A stretch of 41,491 nucleotides of DNA. It comes from a virus (lineage: Duplodnaviria > Caudoviricetes). The notes under the pieces were generated by a model that was not told the DNA's origin, did no database searches, and worked only from the letters and a program-made list of their open reading frames with translations. Numbering within the stretch: position 1 is the stretch's first letter; every line of letters starts with the position of its first letter. The stretch covers positions 1 to 41,491 of IMG/VR virus record IMGVR_UViG_3300033067_001056, one strand, 5' to 3'. The position numbers and the translations under genes were made by a program. Below, one piece after another: positions 7,577-17,985 of the stretch.

Positions 7577-7961
7577 CTACCCACCTATGATTGATGAAAT
7601 TGATGCGGCGTTCCATGTCCGGAACCAGCCTGTCATTTATGCGTGGGGAGACACCATCTACAACCCCAAGAGGATCACCGTTACCGCTCCCCTCATGCAG
7701 CATGAGATGGTGCACGGAAAACGGCAAGGTGATCACGTCGTCGAGTGGTGGCAAGAATACATCAAGTCGCCGGTGTTTCGCCTGCATGAAGAACTACCCG
7801 CGCACGTAGCAGAGTATCAGCGGATGCTCAAGCAGCACTTTTCAAAGGTGAAAGCCATGGACGTCGTGGCCAAGAAACTGTGCGCTCCCCTCTATGGTAG
7901 CCTCATCACTCTCCCGCACGCCAAGCAGTTGATCCTGAACTATGGCACAGATACGAACTAA
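7560..7961 (+). CDS. HExxH-containing protein (putative zinc metallopeptidase fold)
   Basis: MQHEMVHGKRQ with downstream ELPAH. GTG start overlapping terS. Confidence 0.65.
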   Translation: MKIVLDYPPMIDEIDAAFHVRNQPVIYAWGDTIYNPKRITVTAPLMQHEMVHGKRQGDHVVEWWQEYIKSPVFRLHEELPAHVAEYQRMLKQHFSKVKAMDVVAKKLCAPLYGSLITLPHAKQLILNYGTDTN

Positions 7962-9303
7962 GTATGAGCAAAGGCCGCACTTCCGTTCGTTCCACCGCAG
8001 GGACGTCAGGTGGGCTATCCTCGTTGCCCACCGTCGTGCGGGAAAGACTGTCGCCGTCGTTAACGATCTTTTGGAAAAAGCGAGCTACAATACTCGCGAG
8101 AATCCGCGATACGGTTACGTGGCTCCCCTCTACAACCAAGCCAAGCAGATCGCTTGGCAGTACCTCAAAGACTACGCAGCCCCATTCAATCCAAAAATCT
8201 CTGAAAGCGGCCTCTTTGTTGAACTCCCGCACAATGGGGCGCGCATTACTCTCTACGGAGCTGACAATCCAGACAGTTTTCGGGGTCTCTATTTTGACGG
8301 TTTCGCCCTCGACGAATTTGGGAATATGCGAAATTCCATCTGGACTGAGGTACTTCTTCCAACACTCATCGACCGGCGTGGGTGGGCTGTATTCATGGGA
8401 ACCCCGAATGGGCCCAATCACTTTCGAGATATGTTCGAGGAATACAAGTCTGATCCCGGCTGGTTTGTCAGCTTCTTGCCCAATAGCATCACCAAGGTTA
8501 TTGGCGAAGAGGACCTTGCACAACTCCGGAAGTTGATGACAGAGGAAGAGTTCGAGCAAGAAATCGAATGCAACTTCTCCGCGAGTACACGCGGAGCGTT
8601 TTACAGCAAGGAGATTGCGAAGTGTGAGCAGGAGGGCCGGATTCAGGAGATCGAATTTGATAAATCACAGCCGCTTCATTGGGTGTTGGACTTGGGGTGG
8701 CGAGACGACACCGCCCTCATCTCCTTTCAAGAGAGACCAGATGGATTCCCCATCATGTCTGCATCCTCTGACAACCGGCGTGCGATCCCCTACTACATCA
8801 ATGTCATCAACGCCACCTGTGACACATACGGATGTCCGCGTGGGAATGTGTGGCTCCCCCATGACGCCAAAGCTAAGAGCCTTCAAACTGGACGATCCAT
8901 TGTAGAACAGTTTATCGCACATGACATCATGCCGAATTTAGTACCCGAAATGAGCATCATGGACGGGATTTCTGCCGCCCGTATGCTGTTTGACCAGATT
9001 TACTTCAACCAGCCATTGACCAAAGACTTGGTAATGGCACTGAAAAGTTACCATCGAGAGTATGACGAAGACAAGAAAATCTTTCGTGACAACCCTGTGC
9101 ACGATTGGTCTAGCCACTTCGCAGATGATTTCCGTTATTTCGCGCTCGTAGTACAGAACTCTATGCGGCCAGCCTCCCCATCGCCACAAAAGCAGATGGA
9201 AATGGATAGGTTGGAGAAGGCGCAAGGTGCTCACTACGCATTCAATCTCGAAGACCTATGGAAAAGTCAGCCGCGCCGTAACGCGGATGCCTGGAGAATG
9301 TGA
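7942..9303 (+). CDS. terL: Terminase large subunit
   Basis: Walker A HRRAGKT, Walker B FALDE, coupling GTPNG, nuclease motifs LDLGWRDDTA, LPHDA, SHFADDFRY. Confidence 0.96.
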   Translation: MAQIRTKYEQRPHFRSFHRRDVRWAILVAHRRAGKTVAVVNDLLEKASYNTRENPRYGYVAPLYNQAKQIAWQYLKDYAAPFNPKISESGLFVELPHNGARITLYGADNPDSFRGLYFDGFALDEFGNMRNSIWTEVLLPTLIDRRGWAVFMGTPNGPNHFRDMFEEYKSDPGWFVSFLPNSITKVIGEEDLAQLRKLMTEEEFEQEIECNFSASTRGAFYSKEIAKCEQEGRIQEIEFDKSQPLHWVLDLGWRDDTALISFQERPDGFPIMSASSDNRRAIPYYINVINATCDTYGCPRGNVWLPHDAKAKSLQTGRSIVEQFIAHDIMPNLVPEMSIMDGISAARMLFDQIYFNQPLTKDLVMALKSYHREYDEDKKIFRDNPVHDWSSHFADDFRYFALVVQNSMRPASPSPQKQMEMDRLEKAQGAHYAFNLEDLWKSQPRRNADAWRM

Positions 9304-11282
9304 TGGCCAAGACAGAAGTGGTAACCGAGTATTCATGGGAATGGTGGAACCTCCAAATTGAACGCGACGAAAAGCGTCTGCGGAATAATTGGTGGAACTA
9401 CGCCGACAAAATCGTCAAGAAGTACAAGGACAAGCGCGAAGGGGATACAGAAGACAAGCGCGTCAACCTATTTTGGACGAACGTCGGCATTTTGAAAGCC
9501 GCACTGTACGCGAAACCACCGAAGCCGATGGTGCAGCGGACGTGGCTGGACTACAATGACAACATCGGGCGCGTGAGTGCCCAGATGCTCCAGCGGTGCT
9601 TGGGGTTTGACCTGATGAAAAACGTCAGCCCCATGAGCGAGGCCATTAAACTGGCCGTTGAGGACCGTTTGATTCCAGGACTGGGACTGGTGTGGCATCG
9701 CTACATCCCCGAAATTGAAACTCAAACGATCAAAGGCGTTACGTTGGAAGATGGAACGGTGTTGTTTCCTGACACCGACTACGAGGTAATAACTGATGAA
9801 AAAATCGACACCGAATATGTGCCATGGAGGGATATTATCTACCCTTCTGCTCGAGTCGCGTCTGAGGTCTGGTACATTGGCCGGAAATTGTACAAATCCA
9901 AAGGAGAAATTGAAAGCCGCTTTGGAGCAAAAATCGCCAACAAACTTACTGACGAAGTAGACAAGAAGAAGGACGACGCAAACATCCTTCCGAAGAACTT
10001 CACCTTGGACAAGGTGGAGTTCTACGAGCTCTGGTGCAAGAAAAATCGCAAGGTCTATTGGTGGAGCAGGTTCGTTCCAGGCGTTCTGCTGGATGTGCAG
10101 GACGATCCGCTCCAACTGGACAACTTTTTCCCGTGCCCGATGCCACTCATGGCGACGCACACCACGGATGACTATCTGCCGCGCCCTGACTACTACATGG
10201 TCAAGGATCAGTACGATGCCTTGAACACGCTGAACACACGTATTTCGCTGCTCGAGCGTGCGTGCAAGGTCGTCGGCGTCTACAACAAGAAAAACAACGA
10301 ACTCAAGCGGCTGTTGTCCGACGCCGCTGAGAATGACATGATCCCAGTGGATAACTGGGCCATGCTCGCGGAAGCCGGCGGCATCAAGGGGCAGGTCGAC
10401 TGGTTCCCCCTCGATATGATCGTGTTGGTTTTGGAGAAATTGAACGAGGCCAAGGCGAAAAAGGTCGAAGAAATCTACATGCTCACCGGCATTAGCGATA
10501 TTATGCGCGGTGACACCAATGCGCGTGAAACTTTGGGCGCGCAACAGATCAAAGCGCAGTATTCGAGCGTGCGGCTGCAATATCTGCAGGATGAAGTCGC
10601 CAATTTTGTGAAAGAAGCCTTGATTATCAAGGCCGAAATCATCTGCCGGCACTTTCAACCTGAAAGCATCGTCGAATTGTCACAAATGGACCAATCGCCG
10701 GATGCGCAGTACATCCCACAGGCGATTGAACTGCTGAAAAACGCTGAAATCACGCATTATCGGATCGACATCAACGAAGAAAGCCTTGCGCTGCCGGACT
10801 ACAACCAAGAAAAGCAGCTCCGCATCGATTTCTTGACCACCGTCGGCCAGTTTATCAGCCAAAGCGCGGCGATGGCTCAGGCAATGCCAGGAATGATGCC
10901 GTATCTGGTCCAAATGATCCGTTGGGTCGCCGCTGGCTTCAAGGGCAGCAGCGAAATCCAAGGTGTGCTGGATCAAGCGTTCGCCGCCATGCAAAATCAG
11001 CCTACGCAACAGCAACAACAGCCTGATCCGATGAAAGACCCAAAAGTTATCGCTGCGCAGATCAAGGCGCAGGACAATCAGGCTACTGGAGCGCAGAAAC
11101 ACCAAACGGCAATCCAGCAGGGGCAGCTCAAGCTGAAAGACACCATTATTTCTTCCGGTGCAAACCTGAAGGAAGCTCAGCAGGAGTTCATGCAAGAACT
11201 CACCATCGAGGCGCAGCAAATGAAGAATGACAAGCTGCGCCACGAACTGAAAATGAGGGAGAAAGCAAATGGCTCGTCGTAG
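9303..11282 (+). CDS. Portal protein (podovirus type)
   Basis: ~660 aa after terL. TGISDIMRG...ETLGAQQIK segment and Gln-rich C-terminal coiled coil. Confidence 0.9.
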   Translation: MAKTEVVTEYSWEWWNLQIERDEKRLRNNWWNYADKIVKKYKDKREGDTEDKRVNLFWTNVGILKAALYAKPPKPMVQRTWLDYNDNIGRVSAQMLQRCLGFDLMKNVSPMSEAIKLAVEDRLIPGLGLVWHRYIPEIETQTIKGVTLEDGTVLFPDTDYEVITDEKIDTEYVPWRDIIYPSARVASEVWYIGRKLYKSKGEIESRFGAKIANKLTDEVDKKKDDANILPKNFTLDKVEFYELWCKKNRKVYWWSRFVPGVLLDVQDDPLQLDNFFPCPMPLMATHTTDDYLPRPDYYMVKDQYDALNTLNTRISLLERACKVVGVYNKKNNELKRLLSDAAENDMIPVDNWAMLAEAGGIKGQVDWFPLDMIVLVLEKLNEAKAKKVEEIYMLTGISDIMRGDTNARETLGAQQIKAQYSSVRLQYLQDEVANFVKEALIIKAEIICRHFQPESIVELSQMDQSPDAQYIPQAIELLKNAEITHYRIDINEESLALPDYNQEKQLRIDFLTTVGQFISQSAAMAQAMPGMMPYLVQMIRWVAAGFKGSSEIQGVLDQAFAAMQNQPTQQQQQPDPMKDPKVIAAQIKAQDNQATGAQKHQTAIQQGQLKLKDTIISSGANLKEAQQEFMQELTIEAQQMKNDKLRHELKMREKANGSS

Positions 11283-11586
11283 ATGGATACAGGATCGCCA
11301 TACCGGCGAAATGGTGGAGATCGGTGAGGATACCGGCCCCGCCGAACCCACCGGCCCAATCATAATGGGTGATATCGAGCCATTTATCAGTACGGTCGAT
11401 CGCACATACATCGGTTCACGAAGTACACTTCGCGAACACAACAAGAAAAACGACGTAACCCACGTTTCTGACTTCACCGAGACGTGGGCCAAGGCGCAGA
11501 AGCAACGGGAAGCATACCGAAAAGGCGAGTTTGTATCTAAATCTATGCGCGAGTCACTCGAGCGCGAAATTTACAGAGGGAGTTGA
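11269..11586 (+). CDS. Conserved phage protein between portal and scaffold
   Basis: GDIEPFISTVDRTYIGSRSTLREHNK motif; overlapping starts/stops. Confidence 0.75.
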   Translation: MARRRWIQDRHTGEMVEIGEDTGPAEPTGPIIMGDIEPFISTVDRTYIGSRSTLREHNKKNDVTHVSDFTETWAKAQKQREAYRKGEFVSKSMRESLEREIYRGS

Positions 11587-11587
11587 A

Positions 11588-12685
11588 ATGGGCACATCGA
11601 TCCGCGAAGCTATCGAAGCATCCGTGGCACAATTGGAAGGGAAACCCAATGAAGCAGAAGGAACTGAGCAACAGTCTGCCGTTCCTGGGGAACAGGACAC
11701 CACCACTCCAGCCGCAGCCGAGGATAAACCCAGTACCACTCCTGCTCCGGCTGCCAAAGAAGAAAAGCCAGCCGCAGTCGCCACCAAGCCAGCCGCTCCC
11801 GCCAAGCCAGCCGAAGGTGAAGTCAAGTCGCAAGCCGCGGCGACCCAAAGCTCGCTGAAGGCGCCTGTCAGCTGGAGGCCGCAGGTTCGTGAAGCTTTTG
11901 GTAAGCTCCCGCCCGAAGTACAGGAAGAAGTTACGCGTCGCGAGCAGGAAATCAACAACGGGCTGCGCGAAGCCTCCGAAGCTCGCCGCCTGCACCGCGA
12001 GTTCCAGGAAACGGTGACTCCGTACTTGGCGCAAATCCAAGCCGAGGGTGCCACGCCGATGCAGGCGTTCAAATCGCTACTGAATACTTCGCACATCCTG
12101 CGCGTCGGCACGCCTCAGCAAAAAGCACTCATGGCGGCGCAAACGATCACGCAATTCGGCATTGACATCAACTTGCTGGACCAAATGCTGATGCAGGCCG
12201 TTCAGGGTCGTGCGCCGCAGGCTGATCCGGTCTACAACGCTGTTCAGCAACAACTCGCTCCTGTAATGGAGTTCATGCAGCAGATGAAGGGCGCGACCAC
12301 GCAGTTTCAGCAGCACCAAGAATCTACGCTGGAACAGGAGCTCACGACCTTCGCCAACGACCCGAAAAACGAGTTTTACGCGGATGTCGCCGGCGACATT
12401 GCCGACATTCTCGAAATGGGCGCGAAAGCCGGAAGAAAAATTACTTTACAGCAAGCCTATGACAAGGCTATAATGCTGCATCCAGACATTTCCGAAGTTG
12501 TTTCAAAAAGAGCACTTGCAGCACAAGCCGCCCAGAAATCAACAGCGGCAAAGGCAGCAAGGAAGGCGGGAGCCAGTGTCGGCGGCGGCTCACTTCCGCA
12601 AAATGAAGGAAAACCGGCAGTGAAAGACAACAGTCGTCGCGCAGCTATCGAAGCAGCGATCGAACAACTTTCCGACGGAACTTAA
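11588..12685 (+). CDS. Capsid scaffolding protein (putative)
   Basis: Start re-called at MGTSIREA. Ala/Pro/Glu-rich N-terminus, helical body, immediately upstream of the MCP. Confidence 0.8.
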   Translation: MGTSIREAIEASVAQLEGKPNEAEGTEQQSAVPGEQDTTTPAAAEDKPSTTPAPAAKEEKPAAVATKPAAPAKPAEGEVKSQAAATQSSLKAPVSWRPQVREAFGKLPPEVQEEVTRREQEINNGLREASEARRLHREFQETVTPYLAQIQAEGATPMQAFKSLLNTSHILRVGTPQQKALMAAQTITQFGIDINLLDQMLMQAVQGRAPQADPVYNAVQQQLAPVMEFMQQMKGATTQFQQHQESTLEQELTTFANDPKNEFYADVAGDIADILEMGAKAGRKITLQQAYDKAIMLHPDISEVVSKRALAAQAAQKSTAAKAARKAGASVGGGSLPQNEGKPAVKDNSRRAAIEAAIEQLSDGT

Positions 12686-12735
12686 AAGCAGTTTTCCAAA
12701 ACCATTTTGCGACGTAAGTCGTAAGGAGTAGTCAG

Positions 12736-13701
12736 ATGTCATTTCCCAATGTAACGGATATCGTTGCAACTACGATCGAAAATCGTAGCGGTGAAATCGC
12801 TGACAACGTCACCCTGAACAACGCGCTGCTCGCCTGGATCAAACAATCGGGCAACGTGCGTCAGTTCGGTGGTGGTTCGCTGATTTTCGAGGAAATCTCG
12901 TTCGCAGCGAACGGAAATGCGGGCTGGTATTCGGGTTACGACCTGCTGCCGGTTTCGGCACAGGACGTCCTGTCTGCCGCGCAGTTCAACATTTGTCAGG
13001 CAGCTTGCCCAGTCACCATCTCCGGCCTTGAAAAGCTGAAGAACATGGGCAAGCAACAAATCATCGATCTCATGGAATCGCGCCTGAAAGTGGCCGAATC
13101 GTCCATGAACAACCTGATCGCTGCCGGTGTGTATTCCGACGGAACCGGCGCAGGTGGCAAGCAGATCGTTGGTTTGAATTCCATGGTGCCAGTCACGCCG
13201 ACCTCTGGCGTGTACGGCGGCATCGATCGTGCGACGTGGGCTATCTGGCGCAGCCAGACTACGACAATGGGTTCGGCCGCTTCCCCAACCAACATTCAGT
13301 TGGCCATGGACGGAATGTGGGCCGGTCTCGTACGTGGTCGCAATCGCCCCAACCTGATCGTCGCCGACAACTTCATGTGGACGCAGTACATCCAGTCTCT
13401 CCAGCTGCTGCAACGTTTCACGTCCGCATCGACCGGCAATCTGGGCTTCCCCTCGGTGAAGTTCATGGACGCTGATGTCGTGCTCGACGGCGGCTTGGGT
13501 GGCTTCGCAACTGCGAAAACCATGTACTTCCTGGACACCGAATTCATCCACTGGCGCCCTCACGGTGACCGCAACATGGTTCCGCTCGATCCGAGCCGCC
13601 GTTATGCGATCAACCAAGACGCCGAAGTGGCGATCCTCGCGTGGGCAGGCAACCTCACTTCATCCGGTCCGCAGTTCCAAGGCCGGCTGATCTCGCCGTA
13701 A
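12736..13701 (+). CDS. Major capsid protein
   Basis: 321 aa, AAGGAG RBS, strongly biased codons. DIVATTIENRSGEIADNV start and WAGNLT end typical of this podovirus MCP family. Confidence 0.92.
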   Translation: MSFPNVTDIVATTIENRSGEIADNVTLNNALLAWIKQSGNVRQFGGGSLIFEEISFAANGNAGWYSGYDLLPVSAQDVLSAAQFNICQAACPVTISGLEKLKNMGKQQIIDLMESRLKVAESSMNNLIAAGVYSDGTGAGGKQIVGLNSMVPVTPTSGVYGGIDRATWAIWRSQTTTMGSAASPTNIQLAMDGMWAGLVRGRNRPNLIVADNFMWTQYIQSLQLLQRFTSASTGNLGFPSVKFMDADVVLDGGLGGFATAKTMYFLDTEFIHWRPHGDRNMVPLDPSRRYAINQDAEVAILAWAGNLTSSGPQFQGRLISP

Positions 13702-13714
13702 AGGAGCAGCGAAC

Positions 13715-14473
13715 ATGACATACAAATTCGACTCTCCCGCATACGCCGGCTATCCGCCGATCGAAGCAGCCCCGCTTGCTGCACCCGCCACTGGTGCCCT
13801 CCACGCCGCTACTCCAGGATTTCTGGTAACGGCAGAAGACCCAGTCTGGGGTCCAGGCGAGTTTGTTTTCGGCCGCGCCAATGGCTCGATCCGCCAGTAC
13901 GGTCTGTGCGTCTGCACTCCGGTGTGGGACAGCACGAACCGCACGTACACGTACAACTTCACGGAATGCCCGAACACCACTCTGCTCGCGCGCCCCGTTT
14001 ACGTGGCTCAGTCAGCAGGTGCGATGACCGCCGGTCAGTACGGCTGGTTCCAGTGCTCCGGCATCACCCCGATCAATGGCACGGCTTCGGTCGCTGCGGA
14101 TACTGCTTTCGGTATCACCGCTGCTGGTCAAGTCGGCGCCAACGCTGCGGGTAAAGAAATCTGTAACGCGCGCATCGTTACCGCCGCAACCCAGACTGTC
14201 GTGAAGACAGCCGTGGCAGGCAACTCTGGCGACACCATCATCCGCGTGGATAACACGGATGGCTGGATCGTCGGCGGCTACCTGTCAGGAACCGGCGTCG
14301 GCGCGTCTGCAGTTATCAGTGCAGTTGATCCGGCAGGCAAGTACGTCATTGCCTCAGTCGCGAACTCTGCTGCGCTCGCGGGCAACAGCATCACCGTGAC
14401 GTATAACAACGCCACGATTTTCTACAACGTAGCACATCTGCAACGGGCGTTCGCGCAGACTGCGATCACCTAA
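13715..14473 (+). CDS. Capsid decoration/cement-like virion protein
   Basis: Gly/Ala/Thr-rich beta protein co-transcribed with the MCP (AGQYGWFQ motif) and followed by a terminator. Confidence 0.7.
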   Translation: MTYKFDSPAYAGYPPIEAAPLAAPATGALHAATPGFLVTAEDPVWGPGEFVFGRANGSIRQYGLCVCTPVWDSTNRTYTYNFTECPNTTLLARPVYVAQSAGAMTAGQYGWFQCSGITPINGTASVAADTAFGITAAGQVGANAAGKEICNARIVTAATQTVVKTAVAGNSGDTIIRVDNTDGWIVGGYLSGTGVGASAVISAVDPAGKYVIASVANSAALAGNSITVTYNNATIFYNVAHLQRAFAQTAIT

Positions 14474-14480
14474 GCAACTC

Positions 14481-14514
14481 TTTCGGGCCACCATCTGGTG
14501 GCCCGAAATTTCTT
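14481..14514 (+). terminator. Rho-independent terminator
   Basis: TTTCGGGCCACCA-TC-TGGTGGCCCGAAA followed by TTTCTT. Confidence 0.8.
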
Positions 14515-14531
14515 ACACAAGGAGCTCAATC

Positions 14532-15155
14532 GTGGGATACGAAGATTTCGAGTTTGGGGAAGTGGACAGTACCCTTTTCAGTCAGCCAGGAAAAGGCGAC
14601 GATACGCTGTTTGTTCAGTTTCGGATGGACTACGTGGTTGACAGGGCGAAGTCCCTGGAAGCCGGCCGGAAAATCTGCCATGACGTTGACTTTGTCAAAA
14701 TCATATGCCCTGGCGACAGACTGAACATAATCGATCGCCCTGCGACGCCGGAAGATAAGGCGCGCTTTTCTCGGCAATACCAGCTCTTTATGCAGCACAA
14801 AGAGCAACGAGCGGACGGCACTCCTCTGGCTGAATGGCCGGTGGTTACTCGCGGAATGGCTGAAGAACTCGCATATCTCGGGTTTACCACGGTTGAGCAA
14901 CTTGCCTCTGCGAACGAACAGCACGCAGACAAGATTCCGGCCTTTGCTAGTTTGAAGTCAAAGGCCATCGGCTACCTCGAGATCGCCAAGGGCAGTTCGG
15001 CGCCGCTGGAAAAGCTGACCGAGGAAGTGCAAAACCAGAAGTTCATCAATCAACAACTGCAAGATACCATCAATGCGATGCAGGCGCAAATTCGCCTACT
15101 GAGCAAGCCCGAAAAAGGCGACCAAAAACTCGCGGAATCTCTCGCGGCTTCCTAA
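14532..15155 (+). CDS. Conserved phage protein (HhH-like segment plus coiled coil)
   Basis: AAGGAG RBS, GTG start. GTPLAEWP...LAYLGFTTVEQLA motif. Confidence 0.8.
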   Translation: MGYEDFEFGEVDSTLFSQPGKGDDTLFVQFRMDYVVDRAKSLEAGRKICHDVDFVKIICPGDRLNIIDRPATPEDKARFSRQYQLFMQHKEQRADGTPLAEWPVVTRGMAEELAYLGFTTVEQLASANEQHADKIPAFASLKSKAIGYLEIAKGSSAPLEKLTEEVQNQKFINQQLQDTINAMQAQIRLLSKPEKGDQKLAESLAAS

Positions 15156-15164
15156 GGAATAGCG

Positions 15165-15902
15165 ATGACCACAACTCCGGCATTCACTCGCAGAACTACC
15201 ATCGCAGTGGTAATGGCGCAGATATTGACGGAGTTGGGGCTTGCTGTCCCCGCCACATTTGTAACGAGTTCTGACCAGAACACGGTACAAATCTTGTCCT
15301 ACTTAACCGCAGCGGGACAAGATTTGTGCTTGGCTACCGATTGGGAGTGGCTGCACAAAGAGTTCACCATTACTGCTGATGGTGTGACCACAACCTACGA
15401 TCTGCCAACAGATTTCGCAGGCTTTGTCAGCGGTGCATTCTGGAACAATACTTCCCGCTTGCCTGTTATCGGGCCGCTGACCACGCAAATCTGGCGTCTG
15501 CTCAAAGCGCGGCTGCTCGGCGGCAACACCATCAGCGTGCAGTACCGGATCATCAACAACAAAGTTGAGTTCTACGCTGCACCTGCGTCGGGGCAAGTGC
15601 TCATCACTGATTACTACTCCCGCGGATGGATTTTACAGGCCGACGGTGTCACATACCGCGACAACCCGCAGGGTGACGACGACACGGTGCTGTTTGATCC
15701 ACGGTTGATCATTCCGCTTACGAAACTGCGCTGGCGCGAAGGTAAGAGGTTCGACACGACCGCCGCCAAGCAAGAATTCGAAAATGCGTGGGACTTGGTG
15801 CTTGGCCGCGATATTCCAGGCCCGACCTTGTCGGTGTCTCCTTCGATGCATTATCCGTACCTCGGCTACCTCAACATTCCTGACACGAACTACGGGCCAT
15901 GA
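15165..15902 (+). CDS. Head-tail adaptor (tail tubular A-like)
   Basis: 245 aa, YDLPTDF motif, position after the head genes. Confidence 0.75.
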   Translation: MTTTPAFTRRTTIAVVMAQILTELGLAVPATFVTSSDQNTVQILSYLTAAGQDLCLATDWEWLHKEFTITADGVTTTYDLPTDFAGFVSGAFWNNTSRLPVIGPLTTQIWRLLKARLLGGNTISVQYRIINNKVEFYAAPASGQVLITDYYSRGWILQADGVTYRDNPQGDDDTVLFDPRLIIPLTKLRWREGKRFDTTAAKQEFENAWDLVLGRDIPGPTLSVSPSMHYPYLGYLNIPDTNYGP

Positions 15903-17554
15903 GCTTCCTAAACACACTGAAGCACCAGCCTCAGCAGAAGGCTCCAGTACAAAAGACCAAAACCATTCGTGCGCCAATCGGTGGGTTGAACGCCAAGGAT
16001 TCTATTGGCAATATGCCCGAGGGCGATGCGTATGGCTTGGTGAACTGGATACCGCAGGCGCTCGGGTTAAAGCTTCGCAATGGATACATGGCGTGGTCGT
16101 CAGGCATCCCATCGCCGGTGCAGTCGGTGTTTCAGTACTTCGCGCCAACTAGCACCGTCTCTGAAAGTATCAACTACTCCTCGTACCCGACTACTCTTCC
16201 TGGAACGGTGTTTGCAGCAACGAAAGACAACATATACAACGTCACCACTCAGGGTGCTGTCGGTGCAGCGGTGCGTGTCCTTGGCGGCGCTACGAGGTCA
16301 GGTCACATCTGCGCCAATATGTTCGTCAATGCTGGCGGCAACTTCCTTATCCTCAATTCTGAAGCCGACGGATACTACACGTATGATGGGGCTGTGTGGC
16401 TCTACGTGACTGCCGGCGCTGGCCCGACTCAAATCAATGGTGTGAACCCGAACAACCTCGTGTTCAACCTGCCGTGGAAAAACCGAATTTTCTTCGTTGA
16501 GAAGAACACTTCAAGAGTCTGGTACACTGGCGTCAATGCTCTGTATGGCGCGGTGACAGCATTTGATTTCGGCCCGCTGATGAAGCATGGCGGTGCGATC
16601 TCGTACATTGCCGACTGGACTATTGACGCTGGCACCGGCGTTGACGATATGTTTGTCGTTGTTGGGGAGAATGGCGATGTTCTGGTTTACAAGGGCACCG
16701 ACCCATCAGCCGCAGCCACATTTGCTCTGGTCGGCACATGGTATGTAGGCGAAGTACCGAAAGGTCGCCGTTCATTCACGCAATACGGTGGCGACCTGCT
16801 TATTCTCTCTACATCTGGCTTGTTTCCTCTTTCGTATATAACTCGCGGCGGGGCGGCACTTCTGCAAGCCAGCGATCAAGAGTACACAAGCAAGATACAG
16901 CAAAAGATCAACGTCGACCTTGGCGCTTCTTTCAACTTGTACGGTTGGGAAGTCATGCTGTGCGCCCGTGAAAACTTGCTGATTATCACTGTTCCGAACT
17001 ACGGCGGCAGCACGAATAAGCAGTACGTAATGTCCACTATCACCAATATGTGGACGACTTTCAGCGGTATGCCTATCAGTGCCATGGATGTGGCATCTGG
17101 CTTCTTGCTCTCTGCTGATGCACTAGGCGCGGTGAACATCAACTTTGTCACCACGCTGGATGCCGTTGCGATCGACGGCACTGGCGGCATTGGCATCACT
17201 GGATTTTCGCAGCCTGCATTCACGTATATGGATGTATCTGCGTACAAGCACTTCCTTATGGCACGCCCGACGTTGCTGTCAAAGAACGCGCCTGCCATTT
17301 CAGTGCAGATGAACACTGACTTCAACAGCAACGCTCCCATCAGCGTACCGGCGGTGGCTCCCTCTGTCGCTGCGCTGTGGGACTCCGGCAAGTTCGACGT
17401 CGCGGTGTGGGGTGGCGATTTCCAAACCTTTCAGTCATGGATTGGCGTGTCTGGTGCTGGCTTTGCTGGCTCTCTTGCCATGTACGTCGTTGGCGAGGGC
17501 GGCACCCAATACATGAGCACTGATTATATGTATGAGGTCGGCGGTCCAATATGA
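15899..17554 (+). CDS. Tail nozzle / DNA stabilisation protein
   Basis: 551 aa beta-rich, APIGGLNAKD start, follows the adaptor. Confidence 0.8.
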   Translation: MSFLNTLKHQPQQKAPVQKTKTIRAPIGGLNAKDSIGNMPEGDAYGLVNWIPQALGLKLRNGYMAWSSGIPSPVQSVFQYFAPTSTVSESINYSSYPTTLPGTVFAATKDNIYNVTTQGAVGAAVRVLGGATRSGHICANMFVNAGGNFLILNSEADGYYTYDGAVWLYVTAGAGPTQINGVNPNNLVFNLPWKNRIFFVEKNTSRVWYTGVNALYGAVTAFDFGPLMKHGGAISYIADWTIDAGTGVDDMFVVVGENGDVLVYKGTDPSAAATFALVGTWYVGEVPKGRRSFTQYGGDLLILSTSGLFPLSYITRGGAALLQASDQEYTSKIQQKINVDLGASFNLYGWEVMLCARENLLIITVPNYGGSTNKQYVMSTITNMWTTFSGMPISAMDVASGFLLSADALGAVNINFVTTLDAVAIDGTGGIGITGFSQPAFTYMDVSAYKHFLMARPTLLSKNAPAISVQMNTDFNSNAPISVPAVAPSVAALWDSGKFDVAVWGGDFQTFQSWIGVSGAGFAGSLAMYVVGEGGTQYMSTDYMYEVGGPI

Positions 17555-17985
17555 AGATTGTCACAGATAAGCAAGGAGAACCTCCTCTTGTCTGGCAGTG
17601 GCTGAATAAGCAGACAAATCTACCTTGGAGCACTGATCTGCGCGTCATAGGTTTGATGCGGGATGACTTTACATTTGCTGCTGCGATAGGGTATAATGGC
17701 TGGGTTGAAGATTCATGTTGCTTTATCCACTTGGCTTTTGACACGCCGAGGAGCATGACTCGAGAGTTAATACGTGAAGCGTTCAGCTATCCGTTTAAGA
17801 CAGTTGATGTCATATACGGAATGACTCCCATCACGAAAGAGAACATCTTGGCTTTTAACCGCAGGATGGGGTTTCGTGAAATCCATCGTACAAATCATTT
17901 CGTACTGCAGGAAATGCGAAAAGAGGAGTGCAGGTGGCTAAAGGGAGTCGCACGTGGGCAAAGGATCAGCACCAGCCGCACCTGA
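17551..17985 (+). CDS. GNAT-like small protein of the podovirus tail/ejection module
   Basis: 144 aa, AFSYPF...ENILAFNRRMGF motif, conserved position after the nozzle. Confidence 0.65.
   Translation: MKIVTDKQGEPPLVWQWLNKQTNLPWSTDLRVIGLMRDDFTFAAAIGYNGWVEDSCCFIHLAFDTPRSMTRELIREAFSYPFKTVDVIYGMTPITKENILAFNRRMGFREIHRTNHFVLQEMRKEECRWLKGVARGQRISTSRT

Noticed and set aside
9468-13617. Long antisense ORFs (9468..10658, 10680..11492, 12739..13617)
   Set aside because: Shadow frames of the codon-biased portal, scaffold and MCP genes, with no recognisable motifs.
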